A model generated the notes under the pieces. That model worked only from the letters and a program-made list of their open reading frames with translations. It did not search any database and had not been told where the DNA came from. Shown one piece after another: positions 24,185 to 36,819 of a DNA stretch of 61,491 nucleotides. Source of the stretch: Octopus bimaculoides. Taxonomy: Eukaryota. The stretch's first letter is position 1. Every line of letters begins with the position of its first letter. Made by a program: the position numbers and the translations under genes. The DNA lies in contig NC_068982.1 of the NCBI RefSeq assembly GCF_001194135.2, positions 60,392,772-60,454,262 on the forward strand, in the 5' to 3' direction.

Positions 24185-24735
24185 TGAGTGAGAGAGCAGA
24201 ACATCCCATCAAAGTGACACTGGGGTAAAATGTACAAAGCCCATCATGACTACTCATCTAATAAATGTACACCAGGCATATGCATCACAACCATATGTAC
24301 GCAACATGGTGATTTCATATCAAGATAAATAGTGCATGACTTTGCAGGTGGGGTCCAGTTAGAATTTTCTTGAGGTTGAGTAGCCCGTCCTGCTCAAAAT
24401 TTCCCTGAATAAGGCTTGTTTAAGGATGATGTACAAAACAACCATGTTTCCGAAGGTGAATTATTCAAACCACAAAGAATTCCTCTCAACACATGACTAT
24501 GATGCTCCCCCACTATTTCCACTTGTGATCAGAGATACACATATTGTCAGCCACCAAGGGACATGCTCAACTGGTTAAAGTCAAACAAATGACAAGCAAA
24601 TCTGTGATATTGAGCAGAATATTTGCTGTACCTCATCTTTTACACCAAGGCAAAACAATGTAGATGATAACACTTCCAATCAGTGATAATCAGAAGCTAT
24701 GAGGTTCAGTGCCTGGTACTGCATCAGGGCATTTA
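24185..24735 (-). mobile_element. Non-coding ~550-bp interspersed element flanked by (TAA/CAT)n
   Basis: Complex, GC-richer block bounded on both sides by ATT/ATC microsatellite; no ORF; class not determined. Confidence 0.55.
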
Positions 24736-24794
24736 TTATTATCATCATTATTATTATTACTACTACTACTACTATTATTATTATTATTATTATT

Positions 24795-24961
24795 CAGTAA
24801 TTTTATTTTTATAGTGTGCTTTCACTTCACTACCGAGCGCAGTTCTGTGTACCTTGGGTATGTGCTGTGGTTTGCTGTGATGCTCTTATGGTTACTGTAT
24901 TAAGTGTTTTGCGTAGGATGTGTGCAGTGCCCAGTAGTGCAATTTTCTGTATGTTATATAT

Positions 24962-24965
<4 letters not shown>
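24795..24965 (-). mobile_element. R4/Dong-like retroelement extreme 3' fragment
   Basis: YNIQKIALLGTAHILRKTL (R4-clade C-terminus QK.ALLGTA.ILR) plus a 3' UTR, flanked by (TAA)n on both sides. Confidence 0.7.
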
Positions 24966-24994
<29 letters not shown>

Positions 24995-25022
24995 CATTAT
25001 TTAAGGCAGTGAGCTAGCACAA

Positions 25023-25053
<31 letters not shown>

Positions 25054-25061
25054 CATTATTA

Positions 25062-26335
25062 TATAAAAACTCACAGCTTATTTTGCTGGGTATGATGGAA
25101 AGTGTCAGCTGTCCACAGCCAGCAGACTAAGGTGACACTTGTTTACTGGTCATGCTTCAAGAACCCTGCGAAGAATTCTTGTAGTTCCAAGCAATGTTGA
25201 TTTTTACAGGTGTTCTACCTTCACACTTGTTGATAGTTGAGTGCTGATACTTCCAAGTGCACCTAATACTATTGGTACCATGTCTACTCTCTTCATTGAC
25301 CACAACCTTCGTATTTTTCTCTTCAAATCATCATAGTTTATTTTTTCTTCTTCTTTCACATTAATCCTGTTGTCACCAGAGCATGCTATGTCGATTATCA
25401 TACATTGTCATGGTGTCTTTTGTATTCATGTTGTGCCAATTTCAGGAATTCACTAACAATGTGCCATACTATTTCACCTCTCTCACTACACATTCTGCAT
25501 TTGTCATTATCAGTAGTGTTGTCTATTCTGCACTTCATATAGTTGGTCCTTAATGCTTGTTCCTTAGCTGCACATATGAGTGCTTCTGTCTCGATCATCA
25601 GGTCACTCCTCCTCATCCATAGCCACTGGTCCTCTGTATCTGTCTTGGTGTTCACATCTCTTGCAAATTGACCATACATTTTCTTTTCCTTCCATGCTTT
25701 TTCTTTTTGTTCATTTCTTGTTTAAATTTTTCTTTCGTTACACAATTTTCAGTTTTGATGATACCAGCCTTCTTCATGTGTTTCAACAGTGACTCCATGG
25801 CATTTTTTATATACCACCCTAGGCTATTTTTCTCTGCTTCAGTACAGTCCTGGCAACTGATCAAACCTCTCCCACTCTTTCTTCTGGACAAGTACAGNNN
25901 NNNNNNNAGTGTTGTCTATTCTGCACTTCATATAGTTGGTCCTTAATGCTTGTTCCTTAGCTGCACATATGAGTGCTTCTGTCTCGATCATCAGGTCACT
26001 CCTCCTCATCCATAGCCACTGGTCCTCTGTATCTGTCTTGGTGTTCACATCTCTTGCAAATTGACCATACATTTTCTTTTCCTNNNNNNNNNNTATATAC
26101 CACCCTAGGCTATTTTTCTCTGCTTCAGTACAGTCCTGGCAACTGATCAAACCTCTCCCACTCTTTCTTCTGGACAAGTACAGCCTATTCGTGTCACTCT
26201 TAGGGTGGAAGGCTCCATGTACTGTCAACATTTTTCTGGTCTTATTATCCATTTTCTTCACTTCTCTCTTTTGCCATTTTATAATTCCCACTCCATACCA
26301 AAGTGATGCTATCACCTATGTATTAATTGCTTGGA
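25062..26335 (-). mobile_element. R4/Dong-like non-LTR retrotransposon, 5'-truncated
   Basis: AINT..IASLWYGVGIIKW...KTRKMLT.HGAFHPKSD..RLYL.R..GRGL; LMIETEALICAAKEQALRTNY; CCHC-like C..C...GE..WHIVS; restriction-like endonuclease IIDIAC.GD.RI..KEEEKI.YDDL..IRRLW...VPIVLGALG. (TAA)n at both ends. Confidence 0.85.
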
Positions 26336-28149
26336 TTTTATTCCATCCAATCAATTTTATTATTATTATTATTATTATTATTATGTTGCGTTTTTTCTTC
26401 TTTCTTCAAATTTTCTTCCATTTCTTGCCGAGTGTTTTCCATACACCTAGGGCAGAGAAACTCATTGTATGCATTCCCAGTTTACACACGCAAATTCACA
26501 GGTAAAATATGTATTTAAAAAAAAACAATTAATAAATAAAAAAATTCATATTATTATTATTATTATTGATATTATTATTATTGATATTATTATTATTATT
26601 ATTATTATTATCATTGTTGTTATTATTATTATTATCATAAATATTATTTCAGTTTCTTTTATTTCAACACTCAAGATTTAAAATCCAGCCTAGACCTAAG
26701 AAATGGCTTTGAATATTACTTTCCCTGCCATTAGATCCTCAATCTATATTTTCTCCCTATTTTCTGTATTACTAAAATATGAATGCTATCAGTAACCAAA
26801 AAAAGTTACATTATCAAAGAATAATTTCAATAGGAAAAAAAAACAACCTTTTGCAAAATACCCAAATAAATTACATGCTTGGAAGATATTCAGCCTTTTG
26901 TTCAGTTATTGTTTCATAATGTCAATAAAATTTCTTGTAAAGAAGTGAAATAACCAATTTACTTAGTCTGACGCACAAACTGAACCTAAATAATAACGCG
27001 TTAACTTTTAACCAAATAGGTTCTGTACCAAACATTGCTTCACAAATGAGGCCAAAACTAGAGGATGTGTAAAATTCTAATGTTTTCAGATGTGAAAATT
27101 TCCATTGAAATGAATGCAACATTAACAAAAGGTGAACATTTTAAATCTGAATTTATCTATGTAGAAGAAAAGCTGAAAAATTTATTATACAAAAAGTTTT
27201 ATTGTATTAAATTCTAATATATACACATATAATAAAACAACATAGATATTCAAAGTAATTTATTTATTCATTTAAATCTAAATGTTATAAACTACTGGAA
27301 TATTTCACTGAAAAATGTAGACAAGTTTTGTTACCTAGGTGACCTAAAGAGTGTTGGGGTGAAGCCTTAACATTCTTTAATATGACATCAGAAGAATACA
27401 CGTGATTGGAAGAAACTGAGGGAATTTTTCAGTTAACAAAGAGCTTCTCTTTCCATTAAATGTATAATTTCTTCATTAGAAATATGAGGTTGTCTGTCTG
27501 TGAACCGTGGATAGTGAAGAAGAACCATTACAAGGTAATACTGCAGTGGATAGAAAACAACAGGTTAAACATACAAAGAAAACTTGATTGTAAAGTTGGT
27601 AAGACTGCAACATATAAAAAAGTTTTGATGTTTGGGTAAAAGGTGACACTGTTGATCTATACATATGTACGTATATACACATACATACATAAATACATAC
27701 ACACATACATACACATACATACATATATATATACACACATACATACATATATATGTCTGTGTATATGTATATATATATATATATATAGATAGATACACAC
27801 ACACATGTATATACACATGCACACACATAAAAATAAATGTGTTTCTCAATGTTTTGGGTTTGTTTAATTAGTTAGAGGGGGAGGGATGTTTATGAGTTTC
27901 TGTTATGGCACCACAGAAACCATTCATATTGTAAATATGAAAAAAAAATTGATAGAAATAGCCAATAATAACACCAATATTTAGATAAATTTATCAAATT
28001 TATTTTGTTTACCATCAACAAGTAACTAAACAAAATACACTAGTGTGGTGACAAGTATTCTTCTTACTACAAAAAAATCCGACCTACGAAAATGCAGGAC
28101 ACTTTTAGTGATGTAGAACTGAACTCATTGCATGAAAATATGATGGGAT

Positions 28150-28555
28150 AGTCAAGGCTGGAGTGCGTTTATATTGTTGGCACGCCGTCGCTTACAATGT
28201 CGAGGGTTCCAGTTGATCCGATCAACGGAACAGCCTGCTCGTGAAATTAACGTGCAAGTGGCTGAGCACTCCACAGACACGTGTACTCTTAACGTAGCTC
28301 TCGGGGATATTCAGCGTGACACAGTGTGACAAGGCTGACCCTTTGAATTACAGGCACAATGGAAACAGGAAGTAAGAATGAGAGAAAGTTGTGGTGGAAG
28401 AGTACAGCAGGCTTCACTACCATCCCCTGCCGGAGCCTCGTGAAGCTTTAGGTGTTTTCGCTCAATAAACACTCACAACGCCCGGTCTGGGAATTGAAAC
28501 CGCGATCCTATGACTGCGAGTCCGCTGCCCTAACCACTGGGCCATTGCGCCTCTA
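28150..28555 (-). mobile_element. tRNA-derived SINE (family 3), well preserved
   Basis: Head GTAGAGGCGCAATGGCCCAGTGGTTAGGGCAGCGGACTCGCAGTCATAGGATCGCGGTTTCAATTCCCAGACCGGGC with A and B boxes; CpG-rich ~400-bp body. Confidence 0.8.
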
Positions 28556-28896
28556 CAGTGTGTTTATAATATGTTTGCTTAATCAGTGTTGTTCTAGAGC
28601 TGGAGAATGACAACTTCTCACAATGGTTTCAAATTTTGGCACAAGGCCAGTGATTTTGTGGGAGGATGTAAATCAATTACATGGATCCCAGTGCTCAACT
28701 GGAACTTATTTTATCAACAAGGATGAAAGGCAAAGTCAACCTCAGCAGAATTTGGATTCAGAACGTAAAGATGAACGAAATGCCGCTAAGCATTTGGTCT
28801 GGCATGATAATGATTCTGCCAGCTCATTGCTTTAACAACTTCTCAAAGTAAGAGATATTGTTACTGCTTCAGAAATAAAGATAATAGAAAGGCAAA

Positions 28897-29821
28897 TACT
28901 AGGGAGTACCTAAAAGAAACTAGAATTTTGCAACATTAGTTTATTCACTTAGTTTCACATCTTTGCACTTTTACTGCCTTCAAAGTATTCTTCATTTGAA
29001 GCAATGCATCGGTCCAGACACATGTTCCACTGTTTGAAGCAATCCTGGAACTCTTGCTAAGTTATACCTTTTAATGCCTCCATTGGTTTTTATGTCACCT
29101 ATTCCACATCTGCAAATTCCATAGCACCAACTTTCATCACCAGTGATGACCTTTGAAAAATGGTCCAGATCAACTTCCAACTGTTCTTTCAGTTCATGAC
29201 ACACATTCAGTGGTGACTGCTTTTGATCTTCCATGAGCAAGCGAGGCACAAATTTTGCTGCAATTCTTTTCATTCACAATTCTTCACTCAAAATTCGTTG
29301 GCAGGAGTTCCAAAACACACTAATCATATCAACAAGTTCGTCAGTTGTTTGGCGACAGTCTTCCAAGATCAGTTCATGAATTTTTATGATGCTTTCATTC
29401 ATTCAGGAGGTCGACAGTCACCCTGAATGAGGTTGGACATCAAGTGACAAGTGACCATTCCTAAAGTGTGAAAATCACTTGTAAGCTTGTATTTTGCTCG
29501 TGGTGGCGTCATTGTAAGCTGTTTGAAGCATAGTAACTGTCTTAGCTGCCGTTTTCCCCAGCAGAAAACAGAATTTCATGGAAGCACACTGTTCCTTTGT
29601 TTCAACCATTACAAAAAAAAAAAAAAAAAAAAAAAAAAAACAGGAGAGAAGCACTGCAAAACAAAGATGCACTACTTGGCAGTACGACTTCACTCAATGC
29701 CACCGGTTGGCAGACTGATGCCTGAGGGTCGCATCAAGTAGATTCTAGTGGCAGAAACCTGAACTACAACGGGCTTGTGCCACAGAGAACTTTTCCGGTT
29801 ACTTTTGGGTACCTTGTCATA
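28897..29821 (-). mobile_element. Mariner (DD34D-type) transposon, internally deleted
   Basis: MVETKEQCASMKFCFLLGKTAAKTVTMLQTAY; MKRIAAKFVPRLL..DQKQ..LNVCHEL......FSKVITGDESWCYG, then jumps straight to C-terminal EFQDCFKQW...LDRCIASNEEYFEG. Imperfect TIRs (..GTACCTAAAAGAAACTAGAA / ..GTACCCAAAAGTAACCGGAA) with TA ends. Confidence 0.9.
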
Positions 29822-31299
29822 CACCTGTTTATAACAAAAGGTCGAATTTGAATATTAATTAATTGCTTTGGAATTATTAACAGTAACTTCAATTTTGACA
29901 TATAAATTCATAAAACTGAATCTCTGAAGAAAAGTGATCATATTGTAGGCCTAAGCAAATAAGTGAGATCAATACAATATCTGCAGGACAAATATGAACA
30001 GGAAGAAAATTTCAGAAGGCTGCAGTTGTAAAGAAAATGATTGATCAAAGTGATTACTGCAAGATTTGAGTGGTGATGTATAATGAATGTAACGATAGAG
30101 TATATTGGTGGCCTTGTATGAATAAGTTTTACAGTTAGCTATTTCAGAGATGCATGGGTTATTAAAGGTAGAGAGAAGAAACAATGACTGAATGTCTGTG
30201 AGCCTATGTTTGTAACATCTTAGCCTGTAGTTGTGTTTGTAGCATATGCATAGACCTATGGCTGTATTATACTAGTTAACCCATGGTTTTAATATGTTAG
30301 TAAACTTGTGTTTGTAGTATGTTAGTAATTTTGTGGTTGTCATATATTAGTTACTTTGTGGCTTTAATATGTTAGTGAGCTTTAAGGTGACCAACTGGCA
30401 GAATTGTTAGCACACCAGGCAAAATGTTCAGTGGCATTTTGTCCATCTTCACACTCTGAGTTCTAATTCTACCAGGGTCAACTCTGCCTTTCATCCTTTC
30501 AAGATCAATAAAATAAGTACCAGCTGAGTACTGGAGTCGGAGTCGATGTAATCATCTTAACCCACTTCTCAGAATTGCTGGCCTTTTGCCAAAATTTGAA
30601 ATCAATATGTTAGCAAGCTTTTGACAACCATCTTTTTGTTTTTAAAGTTTTTAATGAAGTTTAGGACACTTCTGTGTTGCAGTAACGCCATCCTCAGTCC
30701 TGGATAACTGAGCAGTGTCTGAATGTATCTGCCACTGCTCAGTGCTGAAGTATTTTCTTGCTTTGGAAAGAAAACCAAATATTTGGAATGCAGTTTTGTC
30801 AATATGAAATATCATACTATATTTTGTACCACTTTCCTGCAGTTATGATATACTTAACATACTATTTAAATTACCTTAGAGAGGCTTTCTTTATTAACTT
30901 TTTAATGTTGTGAAATTTATTTATTTCAATAAAACATGATATTTGATTATTTATTAATGAATTTGTCACAAGAAAACTTTGTAATTTTAAACAGAATTAT
31001 AGTAGTATTAAGCATTATTCATCAGTTATCAACAACCAAATTTCATCTCTGATAATTTTGAAATAAAATTTATATATGCAGGAGTTGGACAGGTTTGCAA
31101 ATAACAAAATCTTCATAAATAATTAAAACTAGTGCTTTATGACAGGATCCCCTTGTTGATGCTAATATATTTGCCATATTTTAAGATAGAGATATATTTT
31201 ACTGTGAATTAACTCTTCTCAAAGCATAGTGTTGAGATTTTGGGTAAGGTCAGCAGCTTTTACTGTTTGTTTTATTAAAGATTCAGTAAATGTATTATT

Positions 31300-32414
31300 T
31301 TATAGTAAAGGATTGCATTTTTTTGTTTGTGGGACGTATTGTGATATTATAAATATTAACATGCAATAATGATGAAAATCTCATGGAATAATGATGAGAT
31401 ACTCATTATCATAACTATTTTCACATTCTTTTTGCTGACAACTATTACAAGTCCAAATGCCATCAGTCTCTCACACTCAGGGTGTCTATCCCTAATAATG
31501 GTAAATGAAGGCAACTAGCTATCCACAGTCCATAAAGAACTCTCAGCTTGTTTCTTTTACATTATGTCTACTGATAGATTAGAATTCAGCCAATACAAAT
31601 TGTAGTCAAGAATACCCATGGAAACCACCAAATAAATATTTGACATTTGCTGTGCAATTCATAAACAGCATATGCAGCATAGATATTATTAGCTGTACGC
31701 GTATAACAAACTTACAAACAGAAGTTTTCCAGATAATCCCTGGAAAAAAATGAACAGAGCTCATTGCTAACAAAGAAGTTGGCAATGGTGCAGGAAAAGA
31801 TGCTAATACCCTGCAAATTCTTTGTGCTTTTGGAAGTGTAATGAATGAAGGCAGCTACCAGAATGATGAATAAATACTGTATCTGCTCAGAAAATTCATT
31901 TGCAGAAACTAAGTAGCTTTCAGGTTTGGATCAATGATTTTAGGAGACATTTTTAACAATTTTATTACTTCATTGCAGAATCCTATTAACGAAATCCATA
32001 AAATATTTAAAACTATATAGGAATTCATATTATTTTTATTTTACTGACATAACCTAACTTGAACATCAAATCAAATAGACATATTCCTGGATTATTCATT
32101 AATATGCTGAAAGATGGTTTTGGTACAGTTGTAAAAAGGTATATTATAATTGTTTCAATTAAAACATTTTAAAATATTTTCAAGCCAATATTCTTCTCCG
32201 AATATCTTAAAGGAAAATATTTTTCTCTTGTGCCATGTGTCATAACTCCCAGAAATATTGCCCAAGAATAAATCAAGTTAAGATATCATTAATTGTGAAC
32301 AAAAATATGTAGTCAAGTGTGTGTGTGCGTGCATGCGTGTGCGTGTATAAATAGATAGGTAGATAGATATAGATATATGTGTGCATGTGTATGTATGTGT
32401 GTATATATATATAC

Positions 32415-32463
<49 letters not shown>

Positions 32464-32476
32464 TATACATATATAT

Positions 32477-32515
<39 letters not shown>

Positions 32516-32603
32516 NNNNNNNNNNNNNNNNNNNNNNNNNNNNNNNNNNNNNNNNNNNNNNNNNNNNNNNNNNNNNNNNNNNNNNNNNNNNNNNNNNNNN
32601 NNN

Positions 32604-32652
<49 letters not shown>

Positions 32653-32830
32653 TATATATACACATATATATATATATGTACATATGTATATATTCATATA
32701 TATGTATATGTATATATACATATATGTATATGCATATATACATATATGTATATATATATATACATATATGTATATGCATATATACATATATGTATATATA
32801 TATATACATATATGTATATGCATATATACA

Positions 32831-32922
<92 letters not shown>

Positions 32923-33108
32923 TGTATATGCATATATACATATATATATATATACATATATGTATATGCATATATACATATATGTATATATATATTGATA
33001 TATATATACATATATGTATATGCATATATACATATATGTATATATATATATATATATATATACATATATGTATATGCATATATACATATATGTATATGCA
33101 TATATACA

Positions 33109-33154
<46 letters not shown>

Positions 33155-33700
33155 TATGGGTGTGGGGGTGAACACACACACACATATATGGAATTCAGAA
33201 AATCCCCAAACGTTTTTACTGTTCATGATGTCAGTGAAAGGCATTGCTTACTGAAAGGTCATGTAAGTGCTGCTGTTTGTCACCTCAGGCAATGATCTGA
33301 GGTTGCTATTACAGTTATCAACTTCTTCATCGTATGTTGCCATCACGTAGAATTGTTAACTTTCTCAACTGTTAAAACTTACTCCTTAATTGATCAGCCT
33401 GCTGACATCTCTGTGTACAGTAATGGCTTACTTAATATGAAATACTTCAGAATTTCTTTTGGAGTGTGGTAGGAAAATAACCTGACTAAATATAATAATA
33501 ATTAAATAGTTTTAAAAATCAAGGATTTCTTGTTTTTGTTTATGATCTTAGCAGAGGAAAGATGGAAATTAAAAACAAAAAAAAAATTAAATTGAGGAAA
33601 ATATATTGAATCAAAATTAGGATTTAGTATAAAAAAATCTTTCATATATGTATATGGCAGGATGTCACATATGTAAAATTGTCAGTTGAAAAACTTCTGT
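31300..33700 (-). pseudogene. Class-B GPCR remnant G
   Basis: QYLFIILVAAFIHYTSKSTKNLQGISIF (TM1 plus LRNLPG-like loop); QIFIWWFPWVFLTTICIG (TM4-like); LYGLWIAS (ECL2-like); ATYDEEVDNC ectodomain-like text at about 33300-33350; large TA tract inside. Confidence 0.45.
32370..33155. repeat. (TA)n tract with a 20-bp higher-order repeat
   Basis: Repeated ATATACATATATGTATATGC units between pure (TA)n runs; contains an N-gap. Confidence 0.9.
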
Positions 33701-34879
33701 TAACTGAGATTATCTGTGCAATTAGGGGATAAAATCTCTCTCTGAGATGGGTGCTACAACTCTAAAACCAACAAGTAAAAGAGATCCAATTAAATCACTA
33801 TTCCCTAAGCCATGTTATATGCACATCCACTAAATAATCTTGTTTTCATCCATATGTATAAAATGTGTGTGTGTGTGAGTGTGTGTGTGTGCACGTGTAT
33901 GAGTGTGTTTGCAAGTATTATATATATTTACAACACAGAGACATTCTCAAAATTTTCTTTATACTCTGAAAGTATAGGAATTTCTAATAATTTTAAAAGG
34001 CTCATGTTTGTAGATTAGAGATTAAGATAATATTGAATAAGACTTTAAGGCAACATGTAGCTGTTGTTGTTTGTCCCCTGTATTTTGCCCGATGTGCTAA
34101 CGAATCTACCAGCTTGCCACTGTTATGACATTAAAATATTAAAAACTTAAAATAGTTTACAAATCATCTACAAATAGTGTATATAGTTGCAGGCGTGGCT
34201 GTGTGATAGGAAGTTTGTTTCCCAACAACATGGTCCCAGATTCAGTTCCACTGTATGGCACCTTGGGAAAATGTCTCCTACTATAGCCACAGGCTATAGT
34301 AGGAGTGGATTTAGTAGAGAGAAACTGAAAGAAGTTCATCATAGTGTGTGTATGTGTGTGTGTGTGTTATTTCTTTACTACCCACAGAGGGGACAAACAA
34401 GGACAGACAAACGGATTAAGTCGATTATATCGACCCCAGTGCATAACTGGTACTTGTTCAGTCGATCCCAAAAGGATGAAAAGCAAAGTCGACCTCAGCG
34501 GAATTTGAACTCAGAACGTAGAGGCAGACGAAATACTGCTAAGCATTTTGCCCAGCGTGCTAACGTTTCTGCCAGCTCGCCGTGTGTGTGTGTGTGTGCG
34601 TGTGTCTCACCACTGCTTGACAATCAGTGTTGGTGTGTTTATGTCTCTGTAACTTAGTGGTTCAGCAAAAGTGACCAACAGAATAAGTTCCAGGCTTAAA
34701 AGATAAATGCTAGGGTCAATTTGTTTGACTAAAAGTCTTCAATGTAGTGACCCAGCAAGGCCACAGTCTAATAACTGAAACAAATAAAATAGTAAAAGAA
34801 TAAAAGAAAAGTATTAAAACTGAAAAGAAAAAGAAAACTCAGAAATAGATAATTGCACAAGTTGATAATTGTAAATGTG

Positions 34880-35545
34880 AAATGGCACCAAGATCAGGCA
34901 ACTATATGGTCACTGCTTGTGCCAACCTGAACTGGAAGCATCCAAATTAGTTTTATGGAAACCACTTCATGTCGATTTAAGAAGAGGAAAACGGCGTTAC
35001 ACTTACATTTGGAACTTGATTGGAATGTATCCTGGCCTGGAATGTATCCAGGACCTCAAGGCAATGATGATGGGCCAAGAAGCATAGTGGGTAGACTTTA
35101 TTGTTGCAGCCCAGGTTGGAATCTAGCCATAATGATAATAATACAAGTTTATTTTTCCCTGTAGCAGTAAGAAACTCTAGGGAGGGCTGAACAGCAGGAG
35201 GTCTTCAGAGAAGATGGATGCAAATGTTTTGACCCTTAACTCCTTACACTCAAAGGGGTCCAGGCTTCATTCATATCATGACTCCTGGACACCCTTCTGT
35301 TGCCATGATCTGTACTACTTGCCTGCATTGTAACTTGCACTTTACTGAGTAATCAAGGTACTCCAGAGCTGAGGTACTTTGCATGTTGTAACTCCTTCAG
35401 TCCAAGATACCTTTGAATGTAGGGTAAATTATGCCTTCTGAAATTCACCTTCATTCCTCCTTGACTAGACCCAGTTGGAACTTTCTCAAATGCTTCTACC
35501 TTTGCCTTAAGAGTTCTGGTTCTCTTCATTGATTTACCAAGAACC
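34880..35545. mobile_element. Two LINE fragments, tail-side plus-strand piece and a probable minus-strand piece
   Basis: +34880-35140: YGHCLCQPELEASKLVLWKPLHVDLRRGKRRYTYI (RTE-like C-terminus). -35170-35545: GC-richer decayed coding-like sequence, class uncertain. Confidence 0.6.
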
Positions 35546-35599
35546 TTTTAATTAGAATCTAATGCTTTGTACATTGTAAAATAAGAATGGATATCAGAT

Positions 35600-36785
35600 T
35601 AAATGTCACAAGTGAATCTTCATAATTTCTTTTTTTTTTTTTTTTTGTTAATTGTGTTATGTTAAACACACTGATCAAGTTGGGAAACACTTATTATATG
35701 AAATGGTATCTTCTAAAACTAGTACTACTAAATACTAGCTCTTATTGTCATCGGAAGTACCCTGCTGCAGTCTGTATTTTCATTTTCTACCAAGTAACTG
35801 TTTTTGTCATCATACAGATCATTAATTTTGTACAAAATATACAGCTAATATTACATTTCGAAAAAGTGTGTAATCCATATCTTTTTGTCTTATAAAATCC
35901 TTCTTCAAAATACCTTCACTAAAACATCTGAAGTTGACAAATGTACATCTAATATGATAGATTTGACAACATGAGAAAACAATCTATTGCACAGACTTCC
36001 CTTGTATTAGTTAATAGTCTGTAAACACAGGTCACTTATGATATAATGATGACTAAAACATTTGCCATGTGTCAAGTCAAGGTTTTCTAGTATTTCAATA
36101 AAACATGTAGAACAAAACATGTTTGAATGCACAAAGCAAATAAATAAGACAGTTGAAAGAAATGTGAGATTTGAAATGTAATCTCTGTAAATGCTAACCA
36201 ATGTAGAGTTTTGTATATTAACAGTTTAAGATCTATATAGCACCAGCTTCTTACTGAATTTAGGATATAAGGCAATTGCAATATTATCTATAGCACTAAA
36301 ACATTTTAGAAACATATAGCTTTTTGTTGTAACCTTAAGAATACTTTTATGTTTTCTTTTCACAATGTATAGAATCAAGGATTTTTGTTTCTAATAAATA
36401 AATGATACCCATATTATGATTATATATACCAGAATAATTGACAAGTTGTTTAGAAAATGACATAAATGATCCAATTAATGCTCTCTGCGTAAAAACTAAA
36501 ATTTAAAAACAAATAGAAGTAAGAATACAGATATGATGAGACATACGATATTTAAATGTTTACCAATATGATATTTACTAAAAGACAATCAGTAAATATT
36601 TCCTAATAAATACTTCATGGCTGTGTAGGTGCAGGCCTGGTTGTGTGATAACAAATCTCATTTTTCAACCATGTATTTTCAGGTTCAGTCCTTCTACATG
36701 GTAGCTTGGGCAAATGTCTTCTCTAGCCCCTGACCTTGTGAGTAAATTGAGTTCACAAACTGAGTGGAAGGCCATGCTACGTATG

Positions 36786-36819
<34 letters not shown>

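Larger units (their letters stand above)
27400..31230 (+). pseudogene. Class-B GPCR pseudogene F, interrupted by SINEs and a mariner
   Basis: Ectodomain-like AVDRK...DCN and RKCRTLL; TM1 LVFVVC**FCGCHILVTLWL*YVSEL (about 30300-30385); TM3 FCVAVTPSSVLDN*AVSECICHCSVLKYF with C, A, C, CS at expected spacing (about 30665-30760); TM4 SYYILYHFPAVMIYLTY; TM6-like KIYICRSWTGLQI. Confidence 0.55.

Noticed and set aside
24690-24735. HDV-like ribozyme at the 5' end of the (TAA)n-flanked element
   Set aside because: Only a simple hairpin is visible; the nested double-pseudoknot order could not be built.
31050-31300. TM6/TM7 of minus-strand remnant G
   Set aside because: Overlaps a better plus-strand TM6/TM7 reading for remnant F; both cannot be right, which illustrates the over-reading risk.
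31722-31745. 24-nt minus-strand microexon (TTTTTTTCCAG|GGATTATCTGGAAAACTTCTGTTT|GTAAGT)
   Set aside because: Strong splice-like signals, but it lies within remnant G and has no supporting gene model; RNA-seq would be needed.
32273-33295. Long ORFs of 160-323 aa (also 37355-38342, 46615-47240, 53881-54916)
   Set aside because: They are translations of (TA)n/(CA)n tracts and N-gaps.
35900-36010. A-to-I editing rescuing receptor stop codons (TAG at a conserved Trp in TM3)
   Set aside because: Editing could fix UAG/UGA to Trp, but the copies also have frameshifts, stops at non-Trp positions and TE insertions. TGG-to-TAG is an ordinary transition.
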